Source of the DNA: Amoeboaphelidium protococcarum X5
Lineage: Eukaryota > Fungi > Aphelidiomycota
NCBI GenBank assembly: GCA_023515725.1
Contig: JALDTO010000146.1
Coordinates: forward strand, 682,001-746,000
DNA length: 64,000 bases
Direction of reading: 5' to 3'
A program made the translations under genes and the position numbers. Positions 38,988 through 52,898 of the stretch are shown here, in pieces; the first letter of the stretch is position 1; every line of letters begins with the position of its first letter. The notes beneath the pieces were generated by a model, which saw nothing but the letters and a program-made list of their open reading frames with translations, made no database searches and was not told where the DNA came from.

Positions 38988-40313
38988 TCAGTATTAAAAT
39001 TTGCATGTGGGGAGATAGTAAGCGCCGAGAGTGTAATACGGACGCTTGATTTTGGATTGATCCTTATCTGACAGATCCACCTTCTATAACGCAACTTCCA
39101 TACCAACCTCATTCGCGTCCATCTCAGTGATGGTGCGATAGACATCAGCAAAAAACTCATTGGTACACCCGAATCCATTGAACCACGAGAATACGGAATG
39201 CGGCTCACTCTTGAGAAACGGCAGCACTATATCATCTCTAAATTCCATAAACTGCTGGTAATTCTCCCCGAAGGTGTCAAAGAAGACTGAATCCAGTAGG
39301 ACGCCATTTTCAGCGAGACAGTCGACCGCTTATTAGTGAGTCTTTTCAATGACACGCAACTCTAAATTAGTAGACTACTACCATGGACTAGAATTAATCC
39401 AGTGGGTCTCTTACATTCTAAACAGAACATCTGGATGAGCTTCGATAATATAATGAATGAACCGAGTATGAGGAAACTTGGCAGATAATGCCAACAGATA
39501 CGCGTGTATAAACGTATCAATTATACCCAATCCAAAGCCAACGTTGAGAACTACAAATTGATCCACTTGCGTAAAGTCAAAATCTGTCTCTATGGTCTAT
39601 TCAATTGTACTAATCTTGTCTCTAAGCACAGATAAATCAACAACTTCACCTGATGATAATAGATTCAAACAAATTTCATCTATAGCAATAGCAGAGGGAG
39701 ATTCACCTACAATGTGACAAAGTTGTTAAGCGTGTTTCTTCATCAGCGGCAATTCCCAGTCCATCATTACGCCGTTACCATCATGATCAAAGAGTAATCC
39801 ACTGCGACTCTTATATTCTGCTGGATGCTAAAGGTAATCGCTAGTCTCTTCATTCTAATTGGTGACGTGCATAGAATTCAGAATAAGCTCAGAAGTGATG
39901 CATTTCAATTTCAAATACTGGTACATCTTCTCTCCCACATTGTTATCAACACCGCCTGCATGATATAGACGCGCCACTTCTGCGGCAGTATAACAGTTTT
40001 CGGTCAAAGCATTCACAGGATGAGCGAATTCATCAACCAGGATCTGTACCAGCTCTAGATTGCCGACTTTACACGCGGCATGCAAGGGAGTAAGATGGCC
40101 TCCTACCAGTCGATCGATAGCCGTGATATTGTCATTATCATTAGCGTCTCCACTCTCTGTATTAGAAAGTGAAGCAGTCTAAACCCATTGATGATCACTC
40201 AAAGCACCTATTTGAAGCAATCGTCGAATATTGCTATGATCAGTAGTATCTGGTGTATACAGATCAATTAATTTATGCAAAACAAACGCGTGCTCAAGAT
40301 TACTACTAGCCAT
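38988..40313 (-). CDS. RMT2: Protein arginine N-methyltransferase 2 (ankyrin + methyltransferase)
   Basis: Ankyrin 'TPLHAACKVGN'; 'VMMDWELPLMKKHA', 'VLNVGFGLGIIDT', 'IIEAHPDV', 'FFDTFGENY', 'YYLPTCKF'. Confidence 0.9.
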
Positions 40314-40561
40314 ATTTAAGTTATCTGGTATTAGATGGTGACTTCTTCCTTCTTATATCATAGAGCGAGAGAAACTGGAAATTTTTAGAACAATTCGATC
40401 GAGCGAGCGCGTCTTTGACAAAGCTTTACAAAACTCTCTTCGATCAGAGCAATGAGAGGAACAGCTTACGTTGGGAAATTAGAGCGAGTCTGAGATAAAA
40501 TTAATACTAGGAGAATTCACGATAATATTCAACTTTAATATCAATGTTCATATCAAAGATT

Positions 40562-40962
40562 TCAATTATTCTAAGCCTTGTTATAAGCCCCTACATTCTT
40601 AAAGTTGAAAAGTCATAAAACGTCTATATCAAAACTGCGTGATTATATACTTACAGTAACCAGGAATACCAAATCCAAGAATTAGTGCAGCAGTCATAGC
40701 AGTGCTCATAGAAATAGGCATTGGCTACATGCAATATAAAATAATTAAAATTATAGAGTTTAATAGACATATATATAAAAAGCAATTAATTATCAGGGAA
40801 TACCTTAAAGTCTTTTCCAATGTACGGAACGGCGTGCAAGTACTCACGCTCACGCCACTGCTGCCATGGATTGTTGTTGTGTTGGCCCAGTCCATATCCC
40901 TCAGAGCGATAAAAACTCTTGCCCTTCACAGATTATAAAGCTCTAGATCCAACACGATTCAT
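40562..40962 (-). CDS. Small single-TM mitochondrial protein, possibly cytochrome c oxidase subunit VIIc/Cox8-like (2 introns)
   Basis: Presequence-like start; GT-AG introns join '...HAVPYIGKDFK|PMPISMSTAMTAALILGFGIPGY|WAYNKAQNN'. Family call is tentative. Confidence 0.5.
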
Positions 40963-41222
40963 TTTTAATATTTATTTATCTTTTAATAAAATTATTCCGA
41001 TAGACAAGTATAAATTGTAATTCTTAAATTCGCAAGGAATAACAAAGAGTGAGGGAAGCGGAAAGAGAAACTTTGCCGAGAAATCGTTCACTCAATCAAG
41101 TCACCATATCAAGAGCTTACAATAGAAGCTATAAAGGGAGACAAAGAGTAGATAAAAATCTTTGCACAAAATAATTTTAAATACAACATTGAGATTTTAA
41201 AATATTTTCTATAACTTCAATT

Positions 41223-43613
41223 TCATTTTAATTTTGATAGTTCTTGATGTAGAATCTAATTTTTGGAATTACGCTGCAGTGCTTTATTAATTAGAGCGCG
41301 CGCCTTCATCATACTGCCAGTTTGGCGTTCAAATTTGACATACCTGAGCCATAAATCAATACTTAAAGGGCATTTAGACGTGGCTGAAGCGTATAACTAT
41401 CGAAGCTATTTCGTATCTCCAGACTGCTCGAGTGAATCAGCCTTCATCAGAAGTAAATCTACAGACTTGGGATACTTTTCAAGAGCCAAGTCAAGTTGTG
41501 ATTAGAATTACTTCAAGTCACCGTAATCCTTCATTTACGACAGAAACTGAGCTTGTAATCTATCAGACTCGATGTAATTCAAAGCATCAGATATTATCTG
41601 TTAGGCCTTGATCTTCTCACCCAACGATGTCGTGATATTGATGTAATGTAGCCAAAAATCTTCGCATTTAGGCCACTTTCGAGTACATTAGTCCAATAGA
41701 TTAAATAATTTTTCGTGATGGCCATTGTCAAACAAATAATCTGCCACTTTGAGCAGGCTTTTGACATCATAAAGCTCTTCAGAGTCGATTGCAAGTTTAA
41801 TAAGATGATCAAAGTATTCAGTCTATCCACATTCCAAAGCAAGATTGACAGCTCGGGAGAACCAACCAGTTTTTCCATTAGGATATTTACGCACAAGAGC
41901 TATAAGAAGGATCAATAGACATTCCGATTATGAGTGTGAGAAACTTTCATCCACAATAGATTGCCACTTTTAGACGGTATACAAGTCAGATCGGTATTGT
42001 AATACAAATTCATCGATTACTGCAGATGCAGTCACCTTGTGCCCAGATTCGATACAGTTCTGAGCATGATTTAGAATCTATGGTGCATCCAATGATTAGC
42101 TCTACATCGCCTTTTATAAACCTTTTTAAAGCACTTTTAGAATAGAACTTTGACCGCTTTACAAATCCTCCAACCTCTTGGCACATGATATAGTAATCAG
42201 CAATAGGTCAACATCACCACATTACTGCAAAGCCATAGAGAAACTCTTATCAATCTCTTACTAGGATTCAAGTGATAGAAGCTTTTACCAAAGCAGTGGA
42301 TCTGAATTTGCCATTTATACAGCCTGGTGAAGAGTAGATAATCTCTCGCTGTCATCTTTAGCATGATCCACCCGCAACAACCAGAACGATGTGGAAGTGG
42401 GAAGTTGTCTCAGAGCTTCATCTATAATCTTGACTTTACTTACGAGATTAGATTCCATTTCAATAGCCTTGATCCATAACAATTCACTCTATCTAAGATG
42501 CGATAACGCGTTACCAAGCACAAGCTTTATACTTTCTGGACGCGCCATTCTAACAGCATTAAGCCACAAATCTTCATTTTTAGGACACTTTATGCAACCT
42601 TATTCGAGCAATTTACGCGCCTTGTCAAACTGACCATCTTATTCTTCAAGATAAGCCGCAGCCAACCAACTCTAAGGATTATAAGGCTCAGACTCAATGA
42701 CCGCAGTGAGGAGTTATCTAGTTGTTTAAATGTCAGTGATCGATCTCAGCTATTGCTACTCCTTCGATTGTCCGTAAGACTATAATCCATTAGTCGCAGA
42801 AGATTGCTGAGTTAATTGTGAAAGATACAAATCAGTGCGTTAATTGTCAGACTATTATCCAGTGAGAGTACTTTTGGCCACTCTATCCAATTTAGATCTA
42901 ATCAGTTCATCTTTAATGTTAATAGCGCTCTTCTATTGCTCATCACTAATCAATGGATCCACTTCATCCATATTCATGCCATAGGTAGAAGCTTATTACT
43001 ATTATTCAAAATCTACAACCTAAAATTCCCTCTTCAAATTATTTCTGGCTGAATCGAGTATAAAGTCCTTAGTTGGACCAAAGAACTGCTTCTCCAACAG
43101 ACGTTCCCTGGCGCGTTTAGACTTTCGCCCAGCAGCCACCAGATCGACTGCATCCGGGATATTGGCCCATTCTTCGGCACTGATAGATTGCAGTTACTAT
43201 TTTAAATCATTATCCACTTGTAAAGGCGCCTATTTCGCTTACTCTTATCCACTCTCCTATGTCTATGATAACTACTACTTCCTCTTGCGTCTATTCTACA
43301 GCCGCTACTCTACTTGCGCGTATACTCTATCAGCTTCTTCATCCTCCTTGTCCACCACCATCAAAACATCCAAGTCTTTTGAATCACTACTATTCAGCTG
43401 TCCACCACTTCTATCTGCAATCTAAAACATTCGTCTAGCCTCCTCAGCCGCGGCTTTTATATCAACAGACTCGCCATGCTTTGGCTTCTCGATCACTCGA
43501 TTAGGACCATAATCGGCACTGGTGGTGAATCCATGAGCACCTCTTCCCAGACCAGCCACATATCCAATAGGTGCAGCCTTTCCCAAAAAATCTTTATTAT
43601 TACTTTAAGACAT
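41223..43613 (-). CDS. PRP6: Pre-mRNA splicing factor Prp6 (HAT repeats)
   Basis: '[23 protein letters not shown]', '[11 protein letters not shown]', '[12 protein letters not shown]', HAT/TPR repeats; 796 aa. Confidence 0.9.
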
Positions 43614-43853
43614 TTATTAATTAAATATAAACAACTTTCGATAAAATGCTTAGCAAATATAAACAACCAGGATAAAAGAAATGATAGAAAAGAAAATGGC
43701 GATCTCATAAAGGTAAATTCAATCGCGAAGTTAAAACGTGTTAGTTATTGTTATATCCACTACGAAATCAACAATAATCAACAATAAAAACAAAAAGTGA
43801 GAAGTAAAGAAACTGATTTTATTATGTTCTCACTAAACCTCTTACTTTCACAC

Positions 43854-45303
<1,450 letters not shown>

Positions 45304-45673
45304 TTTCGACACGAATACTTTAAAGTTGTTAAATACAGGTTCAAGATGAGGGTGAGTGAACTAACTACGAACTACGCTGTAATAAAGTAAAGAAGCTGCA
45401 ACGGAGACGAAAAGAGAATCGACTAAGAATGAACGAACGAACGAACGATCGAGTGGAGTCGCGTCTTCAGTCGGCAGAAAGGAAGGAGGCGCGTCGCGTT
45501 TCACTTTACCGTTTCACATTTCATTTGATAAGAGAATTGAATACGTTTACTGTACTGTGCTGTACTGTCTCGATTGAATTTAGTTATGATCAAGATAAAT
45601 ATTTAACCTTTTAATTAAAATCAATTCAATAGGTGATTACCACTCATAATTTTACTTGTTTTGCTTATAGGCG

Positions 45674-45847
45674 TCATTCTTTTTCCAAGTTTTGAGATCG
45701 CACAGGCTCTGCATCACTGAGAGTCCGTTTTCTAGATTTCACAAATGGTTCAATGATTTTAGCAATTGCACCTTTTATATATTGATTATTATCAACATTC
45801 TGTTACTTTGTCTTTTTACTATTAGCTTTAGTACTAGAATCTCTTTG

Positions 45848-45880
<33 letters not shown>

Positions 45881-46150
45881 AATTTTACTGGTCGTAATCT
45901 TGTCAAAATGAAGTATCCACGGCTGGAGAGGCAGATCAGTGAGATGACGCGACACAACAGCGGCCACATTAACATCGTCAAATTCCACAAAGCAAAAATT
46001 ACGTTCTGCGTTACTCACTGGATCTATGCAACCTTTAATATATTTAATTGGGCCGCATTTTCGAAGCATTTGTTCTATAATGTCCTTTTATACATTGGAT
46101 GGATATTTTACATATGCTAGACACGGTGTTTGTTCATTTTAGTCCGACAT
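45674..46150 (-). CDS. Small RRM protein resembling the RBM25/Snu71 N-terminal RRM, with poly-Gln
   Basis: 158 aa; 'IEQMLRKCGPIKYIKGCIDPVSNAERNFCFVEFDD' (RNP1-like) followed by (TAG)11 CAA. Confidence 0.6.
45848..45880 (-). repeat. (TAG)11 in-frame trinucleotide repeat encoding poly-Gln
   Basis: Eleven perfect CTA units on the + strand, in frame within the RRM gene and followed by CAA. Confidence 0.9.
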
Positions 46151-46442
46151 TTTAAGGTTTCGATGTTCTGCAAGTAAATACTGAAGTGCGGTGAGAACTG
46201 CGGAGAAGAAAAAGCGCCGAGGTTGATGTATAGTTGCTGTCACAAGTATCTAATCATTGTCCTAACTATTCAATACCATGGCCGAGGAGTTAATAATTGT
46301 GATAAGTCATTGCTAAGACGATTAGCTAAGGAATGCAGTTGTCAAGACTGTTGCTGAGCGGCTGGTGTTAGATCAAACAATCCAGGTAAACTTGGTGGAA
46401 CATCATTAGAAAATAAGTTTTACAATTATTGAGTGATACATT

Positions 46443-48233
46443 ATGAAAAACTAGCTGGTTCTATTTCTAATCGCTGTGATTCTCAAGTCCACTTAGTCTC
46501 AGTCTTTATAGAGATGGCCGCTGTAGAATGGTGTCCAAGTTTCTGCACTGTACGGACACCGGTAGAACGTGATTTAGATTACCGGCGATTCCTCTTCAAG
46601 CCTTTTAGTTGCTTTAACATCGGGTGGCTGGCCATGGACCTCAATTCAATTCGATAACAGCTCATACCTGACATTTCAGTATTTCAATGTGATTGATCAT
46701 GCTTGGAGTTAACGAGCTTGGGGCAGTTAGAACAATGTTGATGATCTCATTGCGCTGCGACAAAGGCATTTTCACGCTGCGGCCTCATCATCGGACGGCT
46801 CCGAGTTGATTGTGTATGGTGGTATTCGTGGAAACCAAGCGCTTGGGGATCTGCTTATTTTGGACTCTGCGTCTCTCACTTGGCAGGTATCGGGCAATTT
46901 GTCGTACTACTGTTCCTCTTCACCACTGGAAGATATTCTGTCGCCAGACTAACTATCAAGTGACGGTTGTGGAGATGCTACTGAAATGCAAGCAGCTTAT
47001 GGTCACTCTATGGACCTCTTACTTGATAGCGATGAAATGTCTATCTATGCAGTGGTTGGTGGATTGGGCTTGAATACCACTCATGCAGATGTCCACCTGT
47101 TGATCAATGATCGTATTCAAGGTGTTAGATACTGGGTTAGAGTTTTGGCTGAGGGCGCACCAACATTTAGAGGCTTTCATTCATCTGCTGTAGATTAGGT
47201 TCAAGGTATTTTATACCTGTTTGGTGGAACATAGGACCAAACTAGTCCTTTGTATGACCCTTACATTTACAAGTATCATTTAGTGGAAAATGCTTGGACC
47301 AAATTTGATGTATCTTCTATTGTGGGACCTCCGTAAGACAATGGAGGTATTATAACTGAATCTGTCGTATTGACTGGTGGTGTTTTTGGCCATAATATGA
47401 AGTATATTAGCTCTAGTTAGTCTTTACTCATCTGGAATGGAATGTCTACCGGTGGTTTAAATAATGGCACTTTTATGTACAATGTTAAAGACTAGTAAAG
47501 CATGCAGATATAGTCTGATCAGGACAGTGCATGTGTTTATGCGTCGGTGATTGATCTGTCTACATCCGAATACTTTCAATATGGTGGCAAGAACAGTATC
47601 GACAATATAGTCAAATATTCGGCTGTATCTCAGTTAAGTGGTACTTATGTACGTCAATTGGACTTGAGTATTAGATCAATCACTGTATCAATTAGTGCTC
47701 AATCTGATGCCATAGTAGTGTATACTATGTTAGGTTGGGGGTTTGTGTCTGACTCTGATATGGCTAAATATTTTCAGTCTGTCGTTGTATCCGATCGTAA
47801 CGGTAAAAGTGAATGTATTATTCAATCCACACGATGGAATCAAATTAAATGTATCAGTACGTTCAAGATGACTGGCGACTTTAATGTCTCGGTCTATTTA
47901 AATGACATTAAGACAATGAAAAGCGTGAGTATGAATGTATACCAAGGACATGGCTGTTTTAACCCTCAGAATCAGTTTGTACAAGATCAGTGTGTGGTTC
48001 CAGAGTCCGGTCCAGGCGCTCGCGATTAGCAGGCCACCAAGTCTGATAAGAATAAGCTCATTATTTACGTATCAGTTCCCCTTGGTATAAGTTTGGTTAC
48101 TATCGCTATCATAGTCGTGGTATACTATAGAAATAGAAGAAATACTGCTGCGGCACTAAAAGAGAAAATCAAATCTATGGAAGCTTCTTGTGATTCGATA
48201 GTAAAAAGTAGCAAGACTTTAAATGCAGTGTGA
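46443..48233 (+). CDS. Type I membrane protein with extracellular Kelch repeats and a possible IPT/Ig-like domain
   Basis: 596 aa; signal peptide 'MKNQLVLFLIAVILKS', Kelch motifs ('RHFHAA...LIVYGG', 'RGFHSS...LYLFGG'), transmembrane 'LIIYVSVPLGISLVTIAIIVVVY' followed by 'RNRR'. Confidence 0.75.
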
Positions 48234-48358
48234 AAATAGATGTCACTTTTAGAGTAAATTGCCATTTATATAGTTATAAAACCCAATCTCATAATAACCA
48301 AATGGTCGAATGTATACGCACAGAATCCTCTCAAACTTGTAAACAAATCTAATTAGGC

Positions 48359-50539
48359 TCAGACTTTCTCTATATCGCAGAATGGAGGTTGTTCTTGCGA
48401 TTGAAGCAACGTTTGTTACTGCTCTTCGCTTACAAATTGACGACACTCTTACCTTCCTTTAGATACGTCCAGGACACCAACCAATAATAAAACGGATATC
48501 AAAAGCATGGCGATAACGTAAACGAATCCATAACGTACCTCCCCCGATGAAGCATTGGCGATAGCTCCAACTATGAGCGGCCCGAGCCATGAACTGCCGC
48601 GGTCCCCAATCTCATAAAGGGCAAAGAACTCAGCCTCATGATTTCGTGGCACCAAGTCAGAAAATCATACACGACCAAAACTTTAAATGGCACCAAGTAA
48701 GCTTCCCATCAACACTACGCCAACATACATTTCCATTGGACTTCTCAGTCCAAACGATAAAGTCAGTGGCGGCTACGAGTCAATCAGCACCACATACGCG
48801 TCCGACGGAATGAACCCAAGCAATCCGTATGAAGGAAGCAGCATGGCAACACACAGCACTGTTACCAGCGAACGCTTAGTGCTCCATTAGAAACGGCGAC
48901 TAATGCCCAGCCAGATATACGACCCGAATAATGCAGCGATAGCCGCCAGAATTATCGCCACGGCAATCTATTCTGATGTCATTTTAATAACATCGCTAGC
49001 AAACAGAATAGCAATCTGACCAAGTGTGGCAAATGAATCTGCAAATAAGAGATAACACACAAGATAAAGGAATGTATTGGGCAACTTCTTGTAATGCTTG
49101 ACAGCAGTTAACGTCTACTTCCAGCTGAACCATATTAGATTCCTGGCAGAAGTTGGCAAAGGCTTACCTGGCCTCGTTCTCAGGTTTAGCCACGTAATAT
49201 TGGACCACAAAAACCACCATATACCACATAAAGCAACACAAATCCGCATCGGCTAAGCAGAACTATCGTAAGCTGACATTGCCTTGAGCACACCAACTGA
49301 AACTAAAATCATAGTGAGACTTGCCACTTGTCCCGATGCTAAACCATGTGTCGATAAAATATTACAAAGTCTATCTGATAATCTGGACTCAGTATCAATC
49401 TTTCTCGCACTGACATTCTCCATACTCTGAGAATTTGCATCAAGATTTATTTCAACCCCGATAGGTAGAGTTAAGGTCTCCTTATCATCAACGCGTCGAA
49501 TGTTGTATTGAATATCAGAGCGCTACTTTATCGGTAAAGTGAGAATACCAAATTCACGCTCTCTCTAATGGTATTCAATCCCATCATCTTAATGCACATC
49601 GCCATCTCTAGAACTTACACAATCAGCATCTACGACAGTATTAGGTGAAAACCCCGAACATCTAACAGACTAACGCCACCTGGTGAACGAAAAAAGACGA
49701 AGCGCCAAATTAGACCAACTCTGCTCAATCTTCGATCGTAATTTATGGACATTTCGACGGATACCAAAGAGAGTGAGATGCTAATCAAAATGATCCATGT
49801 CAACCAAGTCTTCAACTCTACCGCGTATGAAAGGATGATTATGAACCAAAACTGATAGATAAACATTACAAAACACTACAGTACATCCATACATCACATT
49901 TCCAATGATATAAAATGCGACAATTCATCCGTACTGATGCTCATTCATGACGGCAGGATACGCGAGACATATCATGGAACCTACAATGCTACAAGAAGCA
50001 AATAATAATTTTCTCAGTCTTCCATAATCTGCTAATGTACCGATCGAGAGAAACGTCAACATCTGCAGTATAGTGGTTATTGAGTTGATATAAAGAACCA
50101 AGGACACTGAAGGAATCCAAGCGCCAAAGAATTCGACTTCACACGCTGTTCCATCAGCTGGGTTATCAGTATATCCAGTGGCATTGACTTGATTCCAGGT
50201 ATTCGCCGTGTTTAGAGACAAATCACTAGTCATCCAGCTATTCGTGGTATTAACAAAACCAGAATCATTACAAGGTGTGTTCTCAGTGCCCACAACTCTA
50301 CCAGCAGCGCGTGACATCTATACAAGAATCAGAGGAAACAGCACCTATGATACAACATTCGGGTATACAGCTGATGCGAAATCGTAACATATCCAACCGA
50401 TCAGTTCACTCTTAGACGTGGAAGGCATCTCATCAGGCCGTGCGGGGCGATTATGGAGGAGATCGCTGAGTTGACGCAACCATAGTCTAAACCATCCATG
50501 TCCAGTCGCTTTATCATGCGCAATCTACGCGTCCGACAT
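48359..50539 (-). CDS. ATG22: Atg22-family (UMF1) MFS vacuolar amino-acid efflux transporter
   Basis: 726 aa; 'ELIGWICYDFAS', 'GTLADYG', 'VPRNHEAEFFALYEIGDRGSSWLGP'. Confidence 0.88.
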
Positions 50540-51235
50540 CACACGCAGAGCACTGGAAGCCTCCCTTATCTCAAACGGACTCGCCCCAGCTAACTTTCGT
50601 TAACAAATTGATATAGTACTGTCTCACGCCAGATCTAAGAGCGCGGATGTCTATACCTGAGGTTTATCCTAGGTGCTTAGTCCACCCCTTTAAGTAGGTG
50701 CTAAATGCACAGATTGTCGATACATAAAGCGAAGGCCATACCAATCGTATACCGATTGACACGAGGAGTTCCAATCCCCTATGCGAAGAGGTGACTATCA
50801 CTTACCAACCGTCATTCGATTGGACCATGCCTCTCTCGCGCACTCACTTCTAGTATTAAAGTACATAGCGACAAACTAGCAACATTGGAGGGGACCAAAA
50901 GGACCAGAGCTGAGAATAACTTGCACTGTAAATTCATCTACACGTAAGGTATATTAATGCATCTGCTTCTGCGTAAAAAGTATATCACCGTTTGTAAGAT
51001 AAGTCTCCATCCATTCTTTCACAGCAATATGTCCAATAAAGACTTGTCAAATGTCAGCCTTCGCATCAATATTAAGGAAAAAGAACTGCTGTTACTGCGG
51101 TTGAATATTCAATGCATCAGAATGAACGCAACCACGTCATCGCGTCGTTATTGCACATTTTGACACAACCGTTCTCTGTAAGGATATGGCTTAATGCTTT
51201 AACTGTCGGTTACAGTTAAGCTTCAATTAGTTAAA

Positions 51236-51610
51236 ATGCCTAAGTCAGCAAAGCAAACTAAGAAGTAACGACAGAACGCTGCCAAGGCCAAGATTAAGAA
51301 GACTTTGTAAAAGAGCCATGCACCACGCTCTTTGATTCCGCCCCCGGAGCCTCTGCTGGAGTCTGTGGGTTTATGTATGGAGAACTTTGGCCCAACAGAC
51401 GATCGAGCTGCTGAGGACCTGGCGACTCTGTTGGTCGGTGAGGTCCCTAGGTCATAGTATGGAAATGCAGATTTCGTAGGGAAGGTGATTGAGGACTTAG
51501 GCCTTATTGAGTCATTCCAGACCAATAAACCCCCTTTGGATATACCCCCAGAGAATTCAAAGTTCTTTGTCGTCGAATCTAGTTCAATGACTCTGCGTAA
51601 AAAGAAGTGA
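51236..51610 (+). CDS. Hypothetical 124-aa ORF with basic N-terminus, possibly a transposon-derived fragment
   Basis: ATG..TGA ORF under TAR=Gln starting 'MPKSAKQTKKQRQNAAKAKIKK'; no family recognised. Confidence 0.3.
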
Positions 51611-51830
51611 CTGGCGTGTTGGTGTATCGTAGAGATGTGAATTGCAGGCCTGTGGATTTAGTCTTGCGTAACACCGTCTAAATAAGTGAAAATAGCAGTG
51701 ATGAAATATATTGCTCTCGGCTTCATATACTGTATTACTGTATTGTCTTGCGATTTGATCTTTTACTTGGATTGTAACTGCACCGATTTGTAACATATAT
51801 GCACGATACTTGATCCCATTTGACTCCTTG

Positions 51831-52447
51831 TCACCAGAAACTTCGCATCTTCGTGTTATAATTATTAAAGATTGTCTTAGATGGCCCCCTCTCAAACAAG
51901 CGCTAAGTATGAGGATCCGCCATCTCTAGCCTTCTTGCCACATTGTCAAGCTTCTTTCCTTGTAATGTTGTTCGCCTTTACAGCAATGATTTCATCTCGC
52001 AAAAGTTGGTTTTAGTGACGAATAAGCGACGAACATCATTGTCATACTTTCTCATTTTGTCGAGCTCTTCAACAAGAATACTATCCAAGTCATCAGCATC
52101 TGATTTTACAAGTCTTCTGGTGAAAGCCTTGATTTTGACTGGAAATACATCGATCAGCTCTAGTGCCAGACTTCCTATGAAATCGCCAACAGTGGTGGAT
52201 ATATGCTCTTTTAGCTGCTAGTATTCTTGCAAGGTAATGCTCTTCTCATTTGCGTAAGTATGCACCTGCTCTCTCACTATCGTTGACAAGGAGTCGTCAC
52301 CCTAGTCTCTTCTCGTGTTTATCCATTGTCGCATTGAGCGACTTATGTCCTCTCCTTGTTAGATCGGCTACAAATAGATTGTATGGTCACTGTAATTTAA
52401 GGATATATAGTACATACCTCATTGTTCTATTCTGCATTGTCTGACAT
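51831..52447 (-). CDS. Hypothetical helical protein (one predicted intron ~52368-52417)
   Basis: 'MSDNAEQNNE' joined through a GTATGT..TTGTAG intron to a ~180-codon open frame ending 'MRSFW' TGA. Confidence 0.4.
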
Positions 52448-52724
52448 TATTCTCAATTGTATATTGTTTGATTTGCGCTGGGCATTCGACTGCTTTGAAT
52501 TACTCGCTGTCCATTCCATAATGCATCATAATGCCTTACCAGTCGCATCGCACTAATAAGTCACTGTCATAGGTGAAGAATGTGGACGTCAACGCGTTTG
52601 TCCTATACTGATGGCATGAAATGACTACTCAAACTGGTGTGTATAATAACATAGCTAGAATGGAGTAAAAATTTGTCCTTAAGTCTTTAAAAAATCATAA
52701 CGCTTGGTTCGGTAGTAGGGGGTA

Positions 52725-52884
52725 TGTTGGGTTTTATGTTCTGTCGCTAACCTAACCGTCGTCTCGGATAAGGAGAAATTTGCTGCGCCACTTTGTTTCT
52801 TGATCTCTGATCAATAGAGCTCAGCCACACGGCACGTATACTATTTAATTGACTTTTGTCTATTCTATTTTGCTTATTCTAACA
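52725..52884 (+). repeat. 5' LTR (160 bp)
   Basis: TGTTGGG...TCTAACA; matches 57741-57901 with 4 substitutions and 1 indel by eye. Confidence 0.95.
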
Positions 52885-52895
52885 TCTATTGATCA
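52885..52895 (+). promoter_or_regulatory. Putative self-priming primer-binding site TCTATTGATCA
   Basis: Abuts the 5' LTR, lacks the TGG of a tRNA PBS, and is the exact reverse complement of LTR positions 52808-52818. Confidence 0.7.
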
Positions 52896-52898
52896 ACA

